From an uncultured candidate division Zixibacteria bacterium (GTDB lineage: Bacteria; Zixibacteria; MSB-5A5; UBA10806), in contig CAWFQL010000009.1 in assembly GCA_963817915.1 (NCBI GenBank), forward strand, positions 224,001 to 288,000: DNA of 64,000 bases. The letters are read 5' to 3'. Below, in pieces: positions 32,621 through 41,977 of this stretch; position 1 is the first letter of the stretch; the number at the start of each line of letters is the position of its first letter. Under the pieces are notes generated by a model that saw nothing but the letters and a program-made list of their open reading frames with translations, was not told the origin of the DNA and ran no database searches. Made by a program: the position numbers and the translations under genes.

Positions 32621-33817
32621 ATGACGGAATCGTTCTGGCAGAAAAGAAATGGACGTAAAGTATTTAAGGCCCAAAAATCGGAGAAGAAGTCTCGTTATGA
32701 CATCGCAATAATCGGCGGCGGCATTGTTGGGACTGCGGTCGCTCATTTTCTCAAAAAATTGGGATGCTCGAATACAGTAATATTGGAGAAAAATTATATC
32801 GGCTATGGGGCATCAGGTAGAAACGCGGGCTTTTTGCTTGCCGGACTGGCCGAACCGTACTCAAGGCTGGTTGTAGGTATGGGTCGGGAAACTGCCAGGT
32901 CGATCACGCAATCAACTCTCGATAACCATGATCTTATGGCTGAGGCTATCACAGAAAAAAAGATATCATGCGATTATATCAGGCAGGGTTCATATCATCT
33001 GGCGGTGACCGTGGTCGAGCAAGACGAATTGATTGAATCGGCTAAGCTTCTCAATCGCGATGGATTCAGAGCCGAGTATATCGAGCGCGGTAAGATACCA
33101 TTCACTGAAGATAAGACTGCGTATTTGGGGGGATTTTTCAATCCTGCCGATGGCGCGCTGGATCCGTACGCATTCGTGACTGGGCTGGCAGATAACGCCA
33201 ATATTATCGAAGGTTTTGAAGTTAAAGAGATCACGAAATTGGATGGCCATGTTAGGCTACTCGGCAGGGACGGTCTTATCGACGCCGAAATGGTTGTCTT
33301 AGCCACCAATGCCTATTCGCCGTTGGTGGATAAATATTTCGACAATCTGATTTTCCCGGTCCGGGGGCAGATGATGGCCACCAATCCTATCGCGATTAAT
33401 AAGCTGGGCGATTCGACTTACTATTCCAATTTCGGCTATGATTATTTCAGGCAGGCGAATGACAGCACGGTTGTCATGGGCGGGCTGCGCGATAAATTCG
33501 TCAATGAGGAAGTCGGCTATGACGATACGACAACGCCGGGCTTGCAACGAGGCCTGGATGATTATATCCAAAAATATTTGGGGATTGAGAAATTCGATGT
33601 AGTTCATCGCTGGAGCGGTGTCATGGGGAATACGCCGGATGGCCTGCCGTTGGTGGGGCCTCTCCCCCACAATAATTCGGTATTGGCGGCGGTCGGCTAC
33701 AATGGCCACGGCTTCGGTCTGGGCATGGTTGTCGCCCGCGACCTGGTCAATGCCATTATGAAAAACGAGACATCCGATTTATTAAATAGATTTTCGATCA
33801 AGAGATTTTCGAAGTAG
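32621..33817 (+). CDS. FAD-dependent oxidoreductase, DAO / PuuB-like family
   Basis: IIGGGIVG, GASGRNAG, ATNAY, WSG..G.TPDGLP, GYNGHG; probable start MTESFW at 32621. Confidence 0.88.
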   Translation: MTESFWQKRNGRKVFKAQKSEKKSRYDIAIIGGGIVGTAVAHFLKKLGCSNTVILEKNYIGYGASGRNAGFLLAGLAEPYSRLVVGMGRETARSITQSTLDNHDLMAEAITEKKISCDYIRQGSYHLAVTVVEQDELIESAKLLNRDGFRAEYIERGKIPFTEDKTAYLGGFFNPADGALDPYAFVTGLADNANIIEGFEVKEITKLDGHVRLLGRDGLIDAEMVVLATNAYSPLVDKYFDNLIFPVRGQMMATNPIAINKLGDSTYYSNFGYDYFRQANDSTVVMGGLRDKFVNEEVGYDDTTTPGLQRGLDDYIQKYLGIEKFDVVHRWSGVMGNTPDGLPLVGPLPHNNSVLAAVGYNGHGFGLGMVVARDLVNAIMKNETSDLLNRFSIKRFSK

Positions 33818-33822
33818 TATTT

Positions 33823-33899
33823 CTGTCGGGTCAGGCGACCCGACAGCACTCCTAATCAAGAAATAATCAAGGTAGAGACGCAAAATCTTGCGTCTCTAC
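33823..33899. repeat. Stacked REPs: family C (CTGTCGGGTCAGGCGACCCGACAG, 33823..33846) and family A (33872..33899, inverted orientation)
   Basis: Read directly from the sequence. Confidence 0.8.
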
Positions 33900-33901
33900 G
33901 G

Positions 33902-34564
33902 TTATTTATTATTCAGAGGAATAACTTCCACGGTATCGCCGGATGCAGTAATTTTACAATAGTTACCATCATTCCAATATTTATAGCCCTCGTCATTGCT
34001 GGCAAGAAATACAAATCCTATTAAATCATCATCAGTGGCCTTTTTGTATTTCGCAATCTCAAATGCATAATAGGCATGTTCCCAGACGTAAATGTCTGTT
34101 ATTTTCGAAAATTCGAAATTAGTATTAATGTAATGAGTTGGTTCCGATTCTAATTCTGTTGTAAAGTATGATATCCAATATTCACATGATAGCTTTTCGC
34201 TCTGATTAGTCTGACGCCAAATTTGAATCTTATCATCCTTAATTCTAGCAGAAAGTCTAGTTATCCGAGCGTATTGATCAAAGGGATATATTGGCAAATA
34301 TGCTGGAACAAATGTATCAATATTAACAATAGGATTATTGAATGAATCTCCCCAATATGAGTCATCTTCCCCTGAATAATTCATCCCCGGTTCAATTTCG
34401 CAAATGTATCTACCCTGCATCCCGAGATCTAAATCGCCGAAAAATTCGATTAGCGATGGATCCATTGTAGGCTTGTACATTTTCGGGCAGGATAGAAAGA
34501 TAATTAGCCATTGTGGAATCAGTAACATTATCAATATTTGGCAGATTCGGGTTTTTAAATCCAT
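33902..34564 (-). CDS. Hypothetical exported or membrane-anchored protein (AT-rich gene)
   Basis: 220-aa ORF with an N-terminal hydrophobic segment. Confidence 0.6.
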   Translation of the reverse strand: MDLKTRICQILIMLLIPQWLIIFLSCPKMYKPTMDPSLIEFFGDLDLGMQGRYICEIEPGMNYSGEDDSYWGDSFNNPIVNIDTFVPAYLPIYPFDQYARITRLSARIKDDKIQIWRQTNQSEKLSCEYWISYFTTELESEPTHYINTNFEFSKITDIYVWEHAYYAFEIAKYKKATDDDLIGFVFLASNDEGYKYWNDGNYCKITASGDTVEVIPLNNK

Positions 34565-34627
34565 ATTATTATTTTTTTATATGCTTACCACTTCCAATAT
34601 GTTCCTTGCAATCGGCTTTAGATGTAA

Positions 34628-34927
34628 TTACTTCAAATCCGCCAGGAGCGCGCGGGCGACTTCGGCATTAGCGGAATTGACCAGGAATTTTGCTTGATGT
34701 GCAGATCTCGGATAATCGTTTATCATATATTCTATGCCAGCCTCTTCGAGGATTGTCTTAGCAAATGCAATTTGGGAACCATCGGTTGCCGTATATATGG
34801 CGACTAATTCGAGCTCGGATTCCGGCTTTTGCATTACTGGCGGAAGCGTATACACCAGATCGACGCCGCAATCGGGGCATTTGTAAATCCCCCTATTATA
34901 TTCGTATCGGCAATTTGGACAGAACAA
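34628..34927 (-). CDS. DUF2007-family protein with an N-terminal zinc ribbon
   Basis: MFCPNCRYEY...CPDCG..LV, KTILEEAGIEY, ARALLADL. Confidence 0.75.
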   Translation of the reverse strand: MFCPNCRYEYNRGIYKCPDCGVDLVYTLPPVMQKPESELELVAIYTATDGSQIAFAKTILEEAGIEYMINDYPRSAHQAKFLVNSANAEVARALLADLK

Positions 34928-34957
34928 GATGCTACCTTCCTAAGTTCATTGCTATTG

Positions 34958-35026
34958 GTGCTGGGTGGCCTCAACCGACATAAATTCAGTTGCCTTTATC
35001 CGTCGGGTTGGGGAATCCGACAGCAC
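34958..35026. repeat. Family C composite (two inverted hairpins around an AAATTCAGTTG spacer)
   Basis: Homologous to 35302..35374. Confidence 0.75.
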
Positions 35027-35041
35027 TGAAACTGCCCCAGT

Positions 35042-35263
35042 TCAAATCCCGCCTTTCTTATTATAAATCCCTCTTACGACGAGCACGACGATTGTCGAAG
35101 TAAGCAAAATCACCAAAATCAAATAAATATTATAAGAACGCAATGCCTCGACTAAGGTTGAATGGTCAATAAGAATTTTCACAATTATTTGCATTACGAT
35201 ATTAATTATACCGACCAAGATGATTGAAAATACAAATCCGGTAATATTTTTTCGATTATTCAT
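35042..35263 (-). CDS. Small two-TM hypothetical membrane protein
   Basis: 73 aa, two hydrophobic helices, AAGGA upstream. Confidence 0.55.
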   Translation of the reverse strand: MNNRKNITGFVFSIILVGIINIVMQIIVKILIDHSTLVEALRSYNIYLILVILLTSTIVVLVVRGIYNKKGGI

Positions 35264-35301
35264 CTTCTTTATTCCTTATCCTAGGATTGTTCCTTATTCT
35301 C

Positions 35302-35374
35302 GTGACGTCGGGTGCCCTCACCCCGACACAAATTCAGTTGTTTTTATCTGTCGGGTCGGGGGACGCGATAGCGC
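35302..35374. repeat. Family C composite overlapping the 3' end of the bPH gene
   Basis: GTCGGGTGCCCTCACCCCGAC-acAAATTCAGTTG...-TGTCGGGTCGGGGGACGCGATAGCGC. Confidence 0.75.
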
Positions 35375-35903
35375 TGGTAATTCTGGCCCTTTCCGAAATC
35401 TTATATTTCAGCAATTCAATAAATCGGTCTTGAAATTGGGGGGTTACGGCAAATGACTCACTGCCAGTCTTGATTAGAACTGCATCTTTTAAGCCGCCAG
35501 CAGTATATAATCGTACATATCCCAACTTGCCACAATTTATTAGCCCACCGGGCCATTTCAGGCCTACTATACCGCCAGCGAGGCAGGGACGAACAAGATT
35601 TTCTTGCGTAATTTGTGTGATATCAGCAAAATCGATTTTGGATTTCAATATTCCGGATTTTAAAGTAATCGAGTCTACACTGAAATCATATCGAATTGCC
35701 AATATTCCATAATAGTAACCGGCTACCAAAAGTGGAAATGGAATTGGCACCAAGAAAACTATTGGAAACCAGGGATTGATCGCCATAGCCTTAATCATCA
35801 TAAAATAAAACAGCCAAATCCAAAGAAAGACGCTTGCGATTATCAAGACCTTGCCTTTCAGGCCGATTTTGGGCTTGAATGTTTCGACCGCGGGATTTAG
35901 CAT
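35334..35903 (-). CDS. Membrane protein with a bacterial PH (bPH) domain
   Basis: Two TMs, then ITLKSG..KSKIDFADI, LGYVRLY, VLIKT...FAVTP...FIELL; start MLNPA at 35903 (the longer ORF start lies within a repeat). Confidence 0.65.
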   Translation of the reverse strand: MLNPAVETFKPKIGLKGKVLIIASVFLWIWLFYFMMIKAMAINPWFPIVFLVPIPFPLLVAGYYYGILAIRYDFSVDSITLKSGILKSKIDFADITQITQENLVRPCLAGGIVGLKWPGGLINCGKLGYVRLYTAGGLKDAVLIKTGSESFAVTPQFQDRFIELLKYKISERARITSAIASPDPTDKNN

Positions 35904-35943
35904 ATTATATTTTATTATATTTTTATATAAAACGTCAATAGAG

Positions 35944-36015
35944 CATTCCTGCGAGTCACATCTTGATGTGACCATATCTTGCTTAGGCTACGGTCAGGGC
36001 AAGCCCTGACGCGCA
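35944..36015. repeat. Family D 72-bp element (TGCGAGTCACATCTTGATGTG...GGTCAGGGCAAGCCCTGACGCGCA)
   Basis: Direct repeat of 36513..36584. Confidence 0.85.
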
Positions 36016-36021
36016 TTAAAA

Positions 36022-36495
36022 TCAAGTGAAAATTATATTAGCCCCGGCGGAGACTTCGTAGAATTTGCCGACCGAGATTATTTCATCGACTTCATTACAG
36101 AAATCATTTTGGGTCAAATGGAACATATCGACACTGGCCTTGCAGGCGTAAATATTGCATCCAGCATCGTGAATCATAGTTATAAATTCGCGCACCGGCG
36201 GAATATCGAGTTTTTCCATTTCTTTTTTCATCATCGAGGTCGCGAAGGCGGACATGCCGGGAATCGCGCCCAAAACTGTCGACATATGCATTGCAGGATT
36301 ACCGACCGTGGCGACCTTGAGACTGTCCATCCGTTTATCGATGATAGCATCGAGGCCGAAGAATGTGAAAAACAGGTTGGCATCAATACCTTCCATGCGG
36401 GCCCCGTTGGCCAGGATTAGCCCGGGATAGACTCCCTCGAGCGATCCCCTCGAAACTATTATGGAAACTTTTATAATCGGTTCATATTCGGACAT
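36022..36495 (-). CDS. DsrE/DsrF/DrsH-like (DsrE2-type) sulfur carrier or peroxiredoxin-like protein
   Basis: VSIIVSRG...LFFTFFGL...IYACKAS..MF; GGAGG SD. Confidence 0.85.
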   Translation of the reverse strand: MSEYEPIIKVSIIVSRGSLEGVYPGLILANGARMEGIDANLFFTFFGLDAIIDKRMDSLKVATVGNPAMHMSTVLGAIPGMSAFATSMMKKEMEKLDIPPVREFITMIHDAGCNIYACKASVDMFHLTQNDFCNEVDEIISVGKFYEVSAGANIIFT

Positions 36496-36512
36496 CGGGA
36501 AATCCTCCTATA

Positions 36513-36617
36513 CATTCCTGCGAGTCACATCTTGATGTGGCCGCATCTTACTTTACATGCGGTCAGGGCAAGCCCTGACGCGCAAAAGTTCTGTCGGGTG
36601 CGGAGACCCGACAGCAC
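36513..36617. repeat. Family D element (36513..36584) followed by a family C hairpin (36591..36617)
   Basis: Read directly from the sequence. Confidence 0.85.
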
Positions 36618-36625
36618 CGCCAATT

Positions 36626-36943
36626 CTAAATACAGCCCTTTGGTTTTGGAATACCAGCGATCTTAGCGGCCTTCTTGGCGGGTCCTTTGGGAAATAAGGC
36701 GTATAGCTCTTTGGTTTCGACACCGCTTGCTTTAGTAAGATGCCTTATAGAGGGGGCGTCACCTTTTTCGAGATACTCTTTGCGCATGAATTTGATAACC
36801 ACCCAATGACGATTTGTGAGACTTTCTATTCCCTCTTCTCTGGCCAATTCTTTGGCCAAGTCTTCATTCCAGTCATTGATATTTTTGAGATGGTTATCTT
36901 CATCGAATTCAATTGATTTTCCTACAAGCTCGCGTATTGCCAT
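36626..36943 (-). CDS. tusE: TusE/DsrC/DsvC-family sulfur relay protein with a single C-terminal Cys
   Basis: WNEDLA..LA..EGI..LT..HW.VI.FMR, LFPKGPAKKAAKIAGIPKPKGCI. Confidence 0.85.
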   Translation of the reverse strand: MAIRELVGKSIEFDEDNHLKNINDWNEDLAKELAREEGIESLTNRHWVVIKFMRKEYLEKGDAPSIRHLTKASGVETKELYALFPKGPAKKAAKIAGIPKPKGCI

Positions 36944-36994
36944 TCAGAGACTCCTTTTATTCATACTTACAATATCATAATTAATTCATAATGT

Positions 36995-37123
36995 CTGTCG
37001 GGTCAGGCGACCCGACATTAATGAACTTGTCATTGCGAGTCCGCCGTAGGCGGACGAAGCAATCTGAGGGATGCTGTGCACGGATTGCTTCGTCGTTCGC
37101 CGGGGCGAACTCCTCGCAATGAC
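36995..37123. repeat. Family C hairpin (36995..37017) and family E element (37029..37123)
   Basis: GTCATTGCGAG...GAAGCAATCT...GATTGCTTCG...CTCGCAATGAC. Confidence 0.8.
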
Positions 37124-37173
37124 ACGTGGCACAAAACTTTCTAATAATTGCATCCTCCCAATATAAAACCAAA

Positions 37174-38413
37174 TTATTGCTTCTTTCCTGCCAGGCTCAT
37201 TTTGGATGGCACGAATATTGGCCGACCTTTCAGAAGCAGATTCCAGTACATCCAACGGAACATCATTTTGCCATAATGATTCATTCGAGTTTCCTTCAAA
37301 AGTGAAAATGGGCCGACTCCGGGCAATGGAAACTTACCCGGCAATGGTTCTATGTCATAATTGAAATCGATTAATATACCCTTGCCGAATCCAGACTCAA
37401 TAAAGCAATTAGCGTGTCCATCGAATTTGGCCTTCATTTCGCGGCCGTCAATAGCGCTCAATAGATTTTCAATCAGAATATCGGCCTGGAAATGAGCGAC
37501 TGAGCCTGCTTTTGAGCTAGGCAGATCGGTGGCGTCGCCAATTACAAAGATATTCTCGAATTGCTTTGATCTTAACGTCTCCCGGTCAGTCGGAATAAAA
37601 CTCAATTCATCCCCCATGCCGCTTCGGCCAATGCAGTCATCGCCCATGTTAGTTGGGATCGTGATCAAGACATCGTACGGATATTTCATTATCATCCCAG
37701 GAAATTAACTTTCGGTTTTGGCTATCTACACGGCCAATATTGAATTCGGGTATGAGACCGATGTTCTTTTTCGCCAGCAGATTTCCCAGGGCCTTGGAGG
37801 CGATGGGTCTTGTAAATGCTCCCGGCAATGGAGTTGCGAAAACTAAGTCGACTTTATTTCTAATCCCTCGCTCAGTAAAATACGAGTCTGCCAGAAATAA
37901 AAATTCCAGCGGGGCAACTGGGCATTTAATAGGCATTTCAGTGATATTAACTACAATTTTGCCGCCCTTGAAGGTTTTGAAGAATTCGGCTAATCTATTC
38001 GCGCCGTCGAACGTGTAATATTCGAATTTGTTTATTTGCCAGCTCTCATCGAGCATTCCGTCGGTCTCCTCAGGATGTACTCCCGCTCCTGTAGCAATGA
38101 TAAGAAAATCGTAATCAAGAGAGATATCGTGTTCCAGAATTACTTTATTCTGATCTGGAATTATGCGGCCTATTTTCGATTGAATTAAGTCTACTCCAGA
38201 TGGAAAATATTTCCGGCGCGGCTTGACAACGTCATTCGAAGAATATATTTCAAATGGGACAAATAGAAAACCTGGTTGGTAATAATGAGTATTATCTTGA
38301 TCAATTATAGTGATTTGCCATTGGGATTTTTCGAGTATAGGAAAGATTTTATTAAGGATAATTGTTCCGCCAGTACCGCCACCAAGAATCAAAAGCCGTT
38401 TCACCAGATCCAA
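37174..38413 (-). CDS. sqr: Sulfide:quinone oxidoreductase-like flavoprotein (type III-like); one indel at ~37685
   Basis: ILGGGTGG, HYYQPGFLFVPF, KCPVAPLEF, IGDAT.LPSSKAGSVAH, GHANCF. Confidence 0.82.
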
Positions 38414-38573
38414 ACCCCACCATTAGATGCCGCACACAATCAAATGTTAATGATATAAAAATTGAAAGTCAATTTAAAATGAAATTGCAGGCGTTATCTG
38501 GCTCTTTATGCGACGTAATATGGCAATACATTATCGGCCGGATCAGGCGATCCGATAGCGCTAGATCGAAGCA

Positions 38574-40196
38574 TTAGGGGCAGTCGCCCGAATGAGGCTC
38601 TGATTCCGATCCTTTGAAGTAATTGACTAAATAGGTAATATCAAGAGCGTTGACTGCACAATCGCCGTTGACATCACCGAGCAGCAATGGGTCCGGAGCG
38701 GGACCATTGCTTTTCAAGTAATTCACGAGATAAACTATATCAAGACCACTAAAGTCACCGCTGCCATTAGCATCTCCGACTAGATCGGTTAACTGAATAT
38801 TCTGTATATATGGCGTCGGAGTCGTTATGCGAACCGTATAAGTGGGTGATGGAAGATAATGTGGATTAAGGGCTCGCAAATGAAAAGTTCCGTTATTCAC
38901 GATTCTTATGTAACGGCCAGTCAGGGGATCGGATGTGCGCGGATCCAGTTGTGATGAATACAATTCCGAAATCCTTAATTCAGCCTGCAATGGATTTCCG
39001 GTCGAACCTGTCACAATTCCACAAATTTGACCTTGCTGGGAACGTTTTATAAGACGATAGGCACCCTTTATATTTTTTGAAATTGCCGCATTCTTTTCAA
39101 TGAGGGTATGGGGAATGGCCGGCCCGGTAATAGGAAGAGTTTCAATAAGAAAACTGATTACTCCAAATCGCCCATATTGCCAGGTCAGGCCTTCACCTCG
39201 CTCGCAAGTAATGCCAACAGCTCTATAATTACCAATACAGGTAGACAGTTCAGTCCCTAATCCATAAAATATTGTTCCGTCAGGGACATTATAACCACCG
39301 AGAGTCCCAGGAAAATACACCCATTCTCCCCTACTATGATAAGATATAGAAAGAGCGGGCCTGATTCTCGCAACCAACGATGTCACAGCTTGGATTTCGG
39401 ATTCGGAATTTGGTGCATCTCCCCTATACTCGTAATGCATCGGAATGTCGGAGCCGATACGATCCCAGTACCAATCGTAATTGCGATTCAGGTCTATTCC
39501 CTCTGTAAAACATTCATCACTATTATTGCATCGGTATTCGTACAGGGAATCATCATTGTCGATATTTCTTCCATTCTTTCGATAAAAGAGCGATATACCA
39601 GCGTGGACTGCGTAGTTGCCATCGGGATTGACAAGGGGGACAATATAAATTTGGGCATTATTGATCCATTGCGTAACAGAATCGACTCTCCCATATCCAG
39701 AAAGCAATGAATCGATTAACGCCATACATATTTCCATCCCCATAATCTCGCCGCCATGATGGGTTCCATCGAAAAGGACAACAGGTTCGCCATCATCGAA
39801 AGATACGGAGTCGGAAATCTTCATAGCATAAATAGTCCTGTGCTCCTCTTGTGATACGCCGATAGAATCGAGTCGAGCGATCTCAGGATATTCGGCAGCC
39901 CATGAATTAAGAGAGTCCACCATTTCAATCTGCGTATAGTAGAATGAATCTAATTCAGCGATCGATAAAGCTTGTTCGGGTATATAATCATATTTTTCAT
40001 ATTTTAGATTAAGGCTATCAAGCAGGCCTAAAGCCGATTGATCGACAATGTAATCGCCGATAGACCCCTCCTGTTCATTGAATATGGTAAGTCTTTGATT
40101 TAGATATTCAGACTGTTCGGAATTCTGAATGAATACGCGCACAATATATCGGTTTCCGCCCGAAAACGCGCCGATCGTTAATAATAAAATCAACAT
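38574..40196 (-). CDS. Secreted M14 zinc carboxypeptidase (carboxypeptidase T-like) with a C-terminal dockerin
   Basis: HHGGE, NPDG, RKN, GIDLNRNY, SYHS; dockerin GDANGSGDFSGLDIVYLVNYLK...GDVNGDCAVNALDITY. Confidence 0.88.
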   Translation of the reverse strand: MLILLLTIGAFSGGNRYIVRVFIQNSEQSEYLNQRLTIFNEQEGSIGDYIVDQSALGLLDSLNLKYEKYDYIPEQALSIAELDSFYYTQIEMVDSLNSWAAEYPEIARLDSIGVSQEEHRTIYAMKISDSVSFDDGEPVVLFDGTHHGGEIMGMEICMALIDSLLSGYGRVDSVTQWINNAQIYIVPLVNPDGNYAVHAGISLFYRKNGRNIDNDDSLYEYRCNNSDECFTEGIDLNRNYDWYWDRIGSDIPMHYEYRGDAPNSESEIQAVTSLVARIRPALSISYHSRGEWVYFPGTLGGYNVPDGTIFYGLGTELSTCIGNYRAVGITCERGEGLTWQYGRFGVISFLIETLPITGPAIPHTLIEKNAAISKNIKGAYRLIKRSQQGQICGIVTGSTGNPLQAELRISELYSSQLDPRTSDPLTGRYIRIVNNGTFHLRALNPHYLPSPTYTVRITTPTPYIQNIQLTDLVGDANGSGDFSGLDIVYLVNYLKSNGPAPDPLLLGDVNGDCAVNALDITYLVNYFKGSESEPHSGDCP

Positions 40197-40309
40197 GAGG
40201 ACAAGGCTTTTCTTCAGAATTCCTCCCGATAATTATAAAAATTATACAAAATAATATGAAAATGTCAACTATAATCTAAATGTATTTCGGAATGTTATAT
40301 ATCGAATAA

Positions 40310-41977
40310 TTATGGACAATTGCCCGGAACCGGGCCAGGACCATTGCTTTTATAATAATTAACCAAATAAGTGACATCGAGGCTATTAACATTGCAATCG
40401 CCGTTAACATCACCGATCTGAAGAGGGATTGGCGCCGGCCCGCGTGATTTGAGATAGTTGACCAGATAGATCACATCGAGACCATTAACACCGCCGCTGG
40501 AATTGACATCACCCCAAATCAGGTCGCCAACACGGATATTAAGCACTGTCGGAATGCCCTCAGCAACAATAACACCTTCGTACGATAAATGGCCATAGTT
40601 GGGAGTAATCACATCAATTGAATATACTCCGGGATTCACCAATCGTCGGTATCGTCCTGTAATTGGATCCGATGTTCGAGGGTTAACCAGGCCTGAGTAC
40701 ATACCTCTGATTCTAATCTCAGATTCGACCGGCAAACCAGTTGCCCCATCGGTCACAGTACCTTTAATCTGGCTTCCATTAGCTCGTTGAAGAAGATAGA
40801 ATACGCCGTTGAGATTATTTTCAATGACAGCATTCTTCCGCTCGCGGTCAGGTATAAAATCGGGATATGCAACTGTCTCAGGCGAAAAATCGAGGACTCC
40901 ATAACGTCCATACTGGTAGTTAATAGATTGTCCCGAGCGGCCATCTGATGGCGTGGGATCGTAATAGCTGTAACCATCTTCCTTCATAATTCTATTTGCA
41001 AAATTGCCGACTATATCCTGAATAACTGAATTATCCGGTGCGGATGAACCATCGACCCATTGCCAGGGATAATAAACCACTTCGCCATAGCTGTGATATG
41101 TTAATGATGTCACCGGCCTGATTCTGGCTATTAGGCCAGTGATTGCTTGATTCTCTGATTCCGATCCGGCAGCCTCGCCATGATAGTAATAATTCATCGG
41201 GATATTTGAACCGCCATAATTCCAGTACCAATCGTAATTGCGATTAAGATCCACTCCCTCAGTCGAGCAGGTCCACCAATTATTACATTGGTATTCATAG
41301 AGATCTCCATCGCCATCGAGATCCCTGCCATTTTTCCGATAGTAATACGATATTCCCGCATGAACCGCGGAATTACCATCGGGATTTATCAATGGCACTA
41401 TCCAGATCTGAGTGTTGTCTACAATTTGATTGATGGAATCGACTCTGCCATATCCCGAAATTAATGAATCGGCAAGAGCCATACAGATTTCCATTCCCAT
41501 AACTTCACATGCATGGTGAGCGCCATCGAATAAAACAACAGGCTCGTCATCATCGACCGATACTGAATCTGAAATCTTCATGGCATACATTACTCTATGC
41601 TCTTGTTGAGAAACTCCAATAGATTCAACCATCGCGATCTGCGGATTATGTTCTGCCCAGGAAAAAAGCGAATCTATCATAGCCTGCTGGGTATAGTAAG
41701 CCGAATCGAGTTCAGTTATGACCGGAAATGTAGGCTCTTTTTCGGATTGCAGTTCATATTTCAGACCGAGGGATTTGATGAACATTATATCATCGGAATT
41801 GACTCTATAATAACCCAAAAGCCCTTCCTGCTCGTTAAGCGGCGTCAGACGAGAATTAACTTGAGTCATTTGTTCGATATTTTCAAACAAAATTCTGACA
41901 ATCGCAATGTTCTCACCGGAATAAGAAATGGATGTCAGAATACTGAAGAAAATAAATATATAGACAATTTTTCTCAC
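40310..41977 (-). CDS. Secreted M14 zinc carboxypeptidase with a C-terminal dockerin (paralog of the adjacent gene)
   Basis: HHACE, NPDG, RKN, GVDLNRNY, TYHSY; dockerin GDVNSSGGVNGLDVIY...GDVNGDCNVNSLDVTY. Confidence 0.88.
   Translation of the reverse strand: MRKIVYIFIFFSILTSISYSGENIAIVRILFENIEQMTQVNSRLTPLNEQEGLLGYYRVNSDDIMFIKSLGLKYELQSEKEPTFPVITELDSAYYTQQAMIDSLFSWAEHNPQIAMVESIGVSQQEHRVMYAMKISDSVSVDDDEPVVLFDGAHHACEVMGMEICMALADSLISGYGRVDSINQIVDNTQIWIVPLINPDGNSAVHAGISYYYRKNGRDLDGDGDLYEYQCNNWWTCSTEGVDLNRNYDWYWNYGGSNIPMNYYYHGEAAGSESENQAITGLIARIRPVTSLTYHSYGEVVYYPWQWVDGSSAPDNSVIQDIVGNFANRIMKEDGYSYYDPTPSDGRSGQSINYQYGRYGVLDFSPETVAYPDFIPDRERKNAVIENNLNGVFYLLQRANGSQIKGTVTDGATGLPVESEIRIRGMYSGLVNPRTSDPITGRYRRLVNPGVYSIDVITPNYGHLSYEGVIVAEGIPTVLNIRVGDLIWGDVNSSGGVNGLDVIYLVNYLKSRGPAPIPLQIGDVNGDCNVNSLDVTYLVNYYKSNGPGPVPGNCP

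Noticed and set aside
36626..36943. DsrC indicating dissimilatory sulfite reduction
   Set aside because: Only one C-terminal Cys and no dsrAB/dsrMK in the window
33823..37123. CRISPR array or classical integron attC array
   Set aside because: Repeats belong to several families with gene-sized spacing; no cas genes, no integrase and no RYYYAAC/GTTRRRY cores seen
36986..37255. ORFs 36981..37172 and 36986..37255
   Set aside because: They largely translate family C and E repeats; probably spurious
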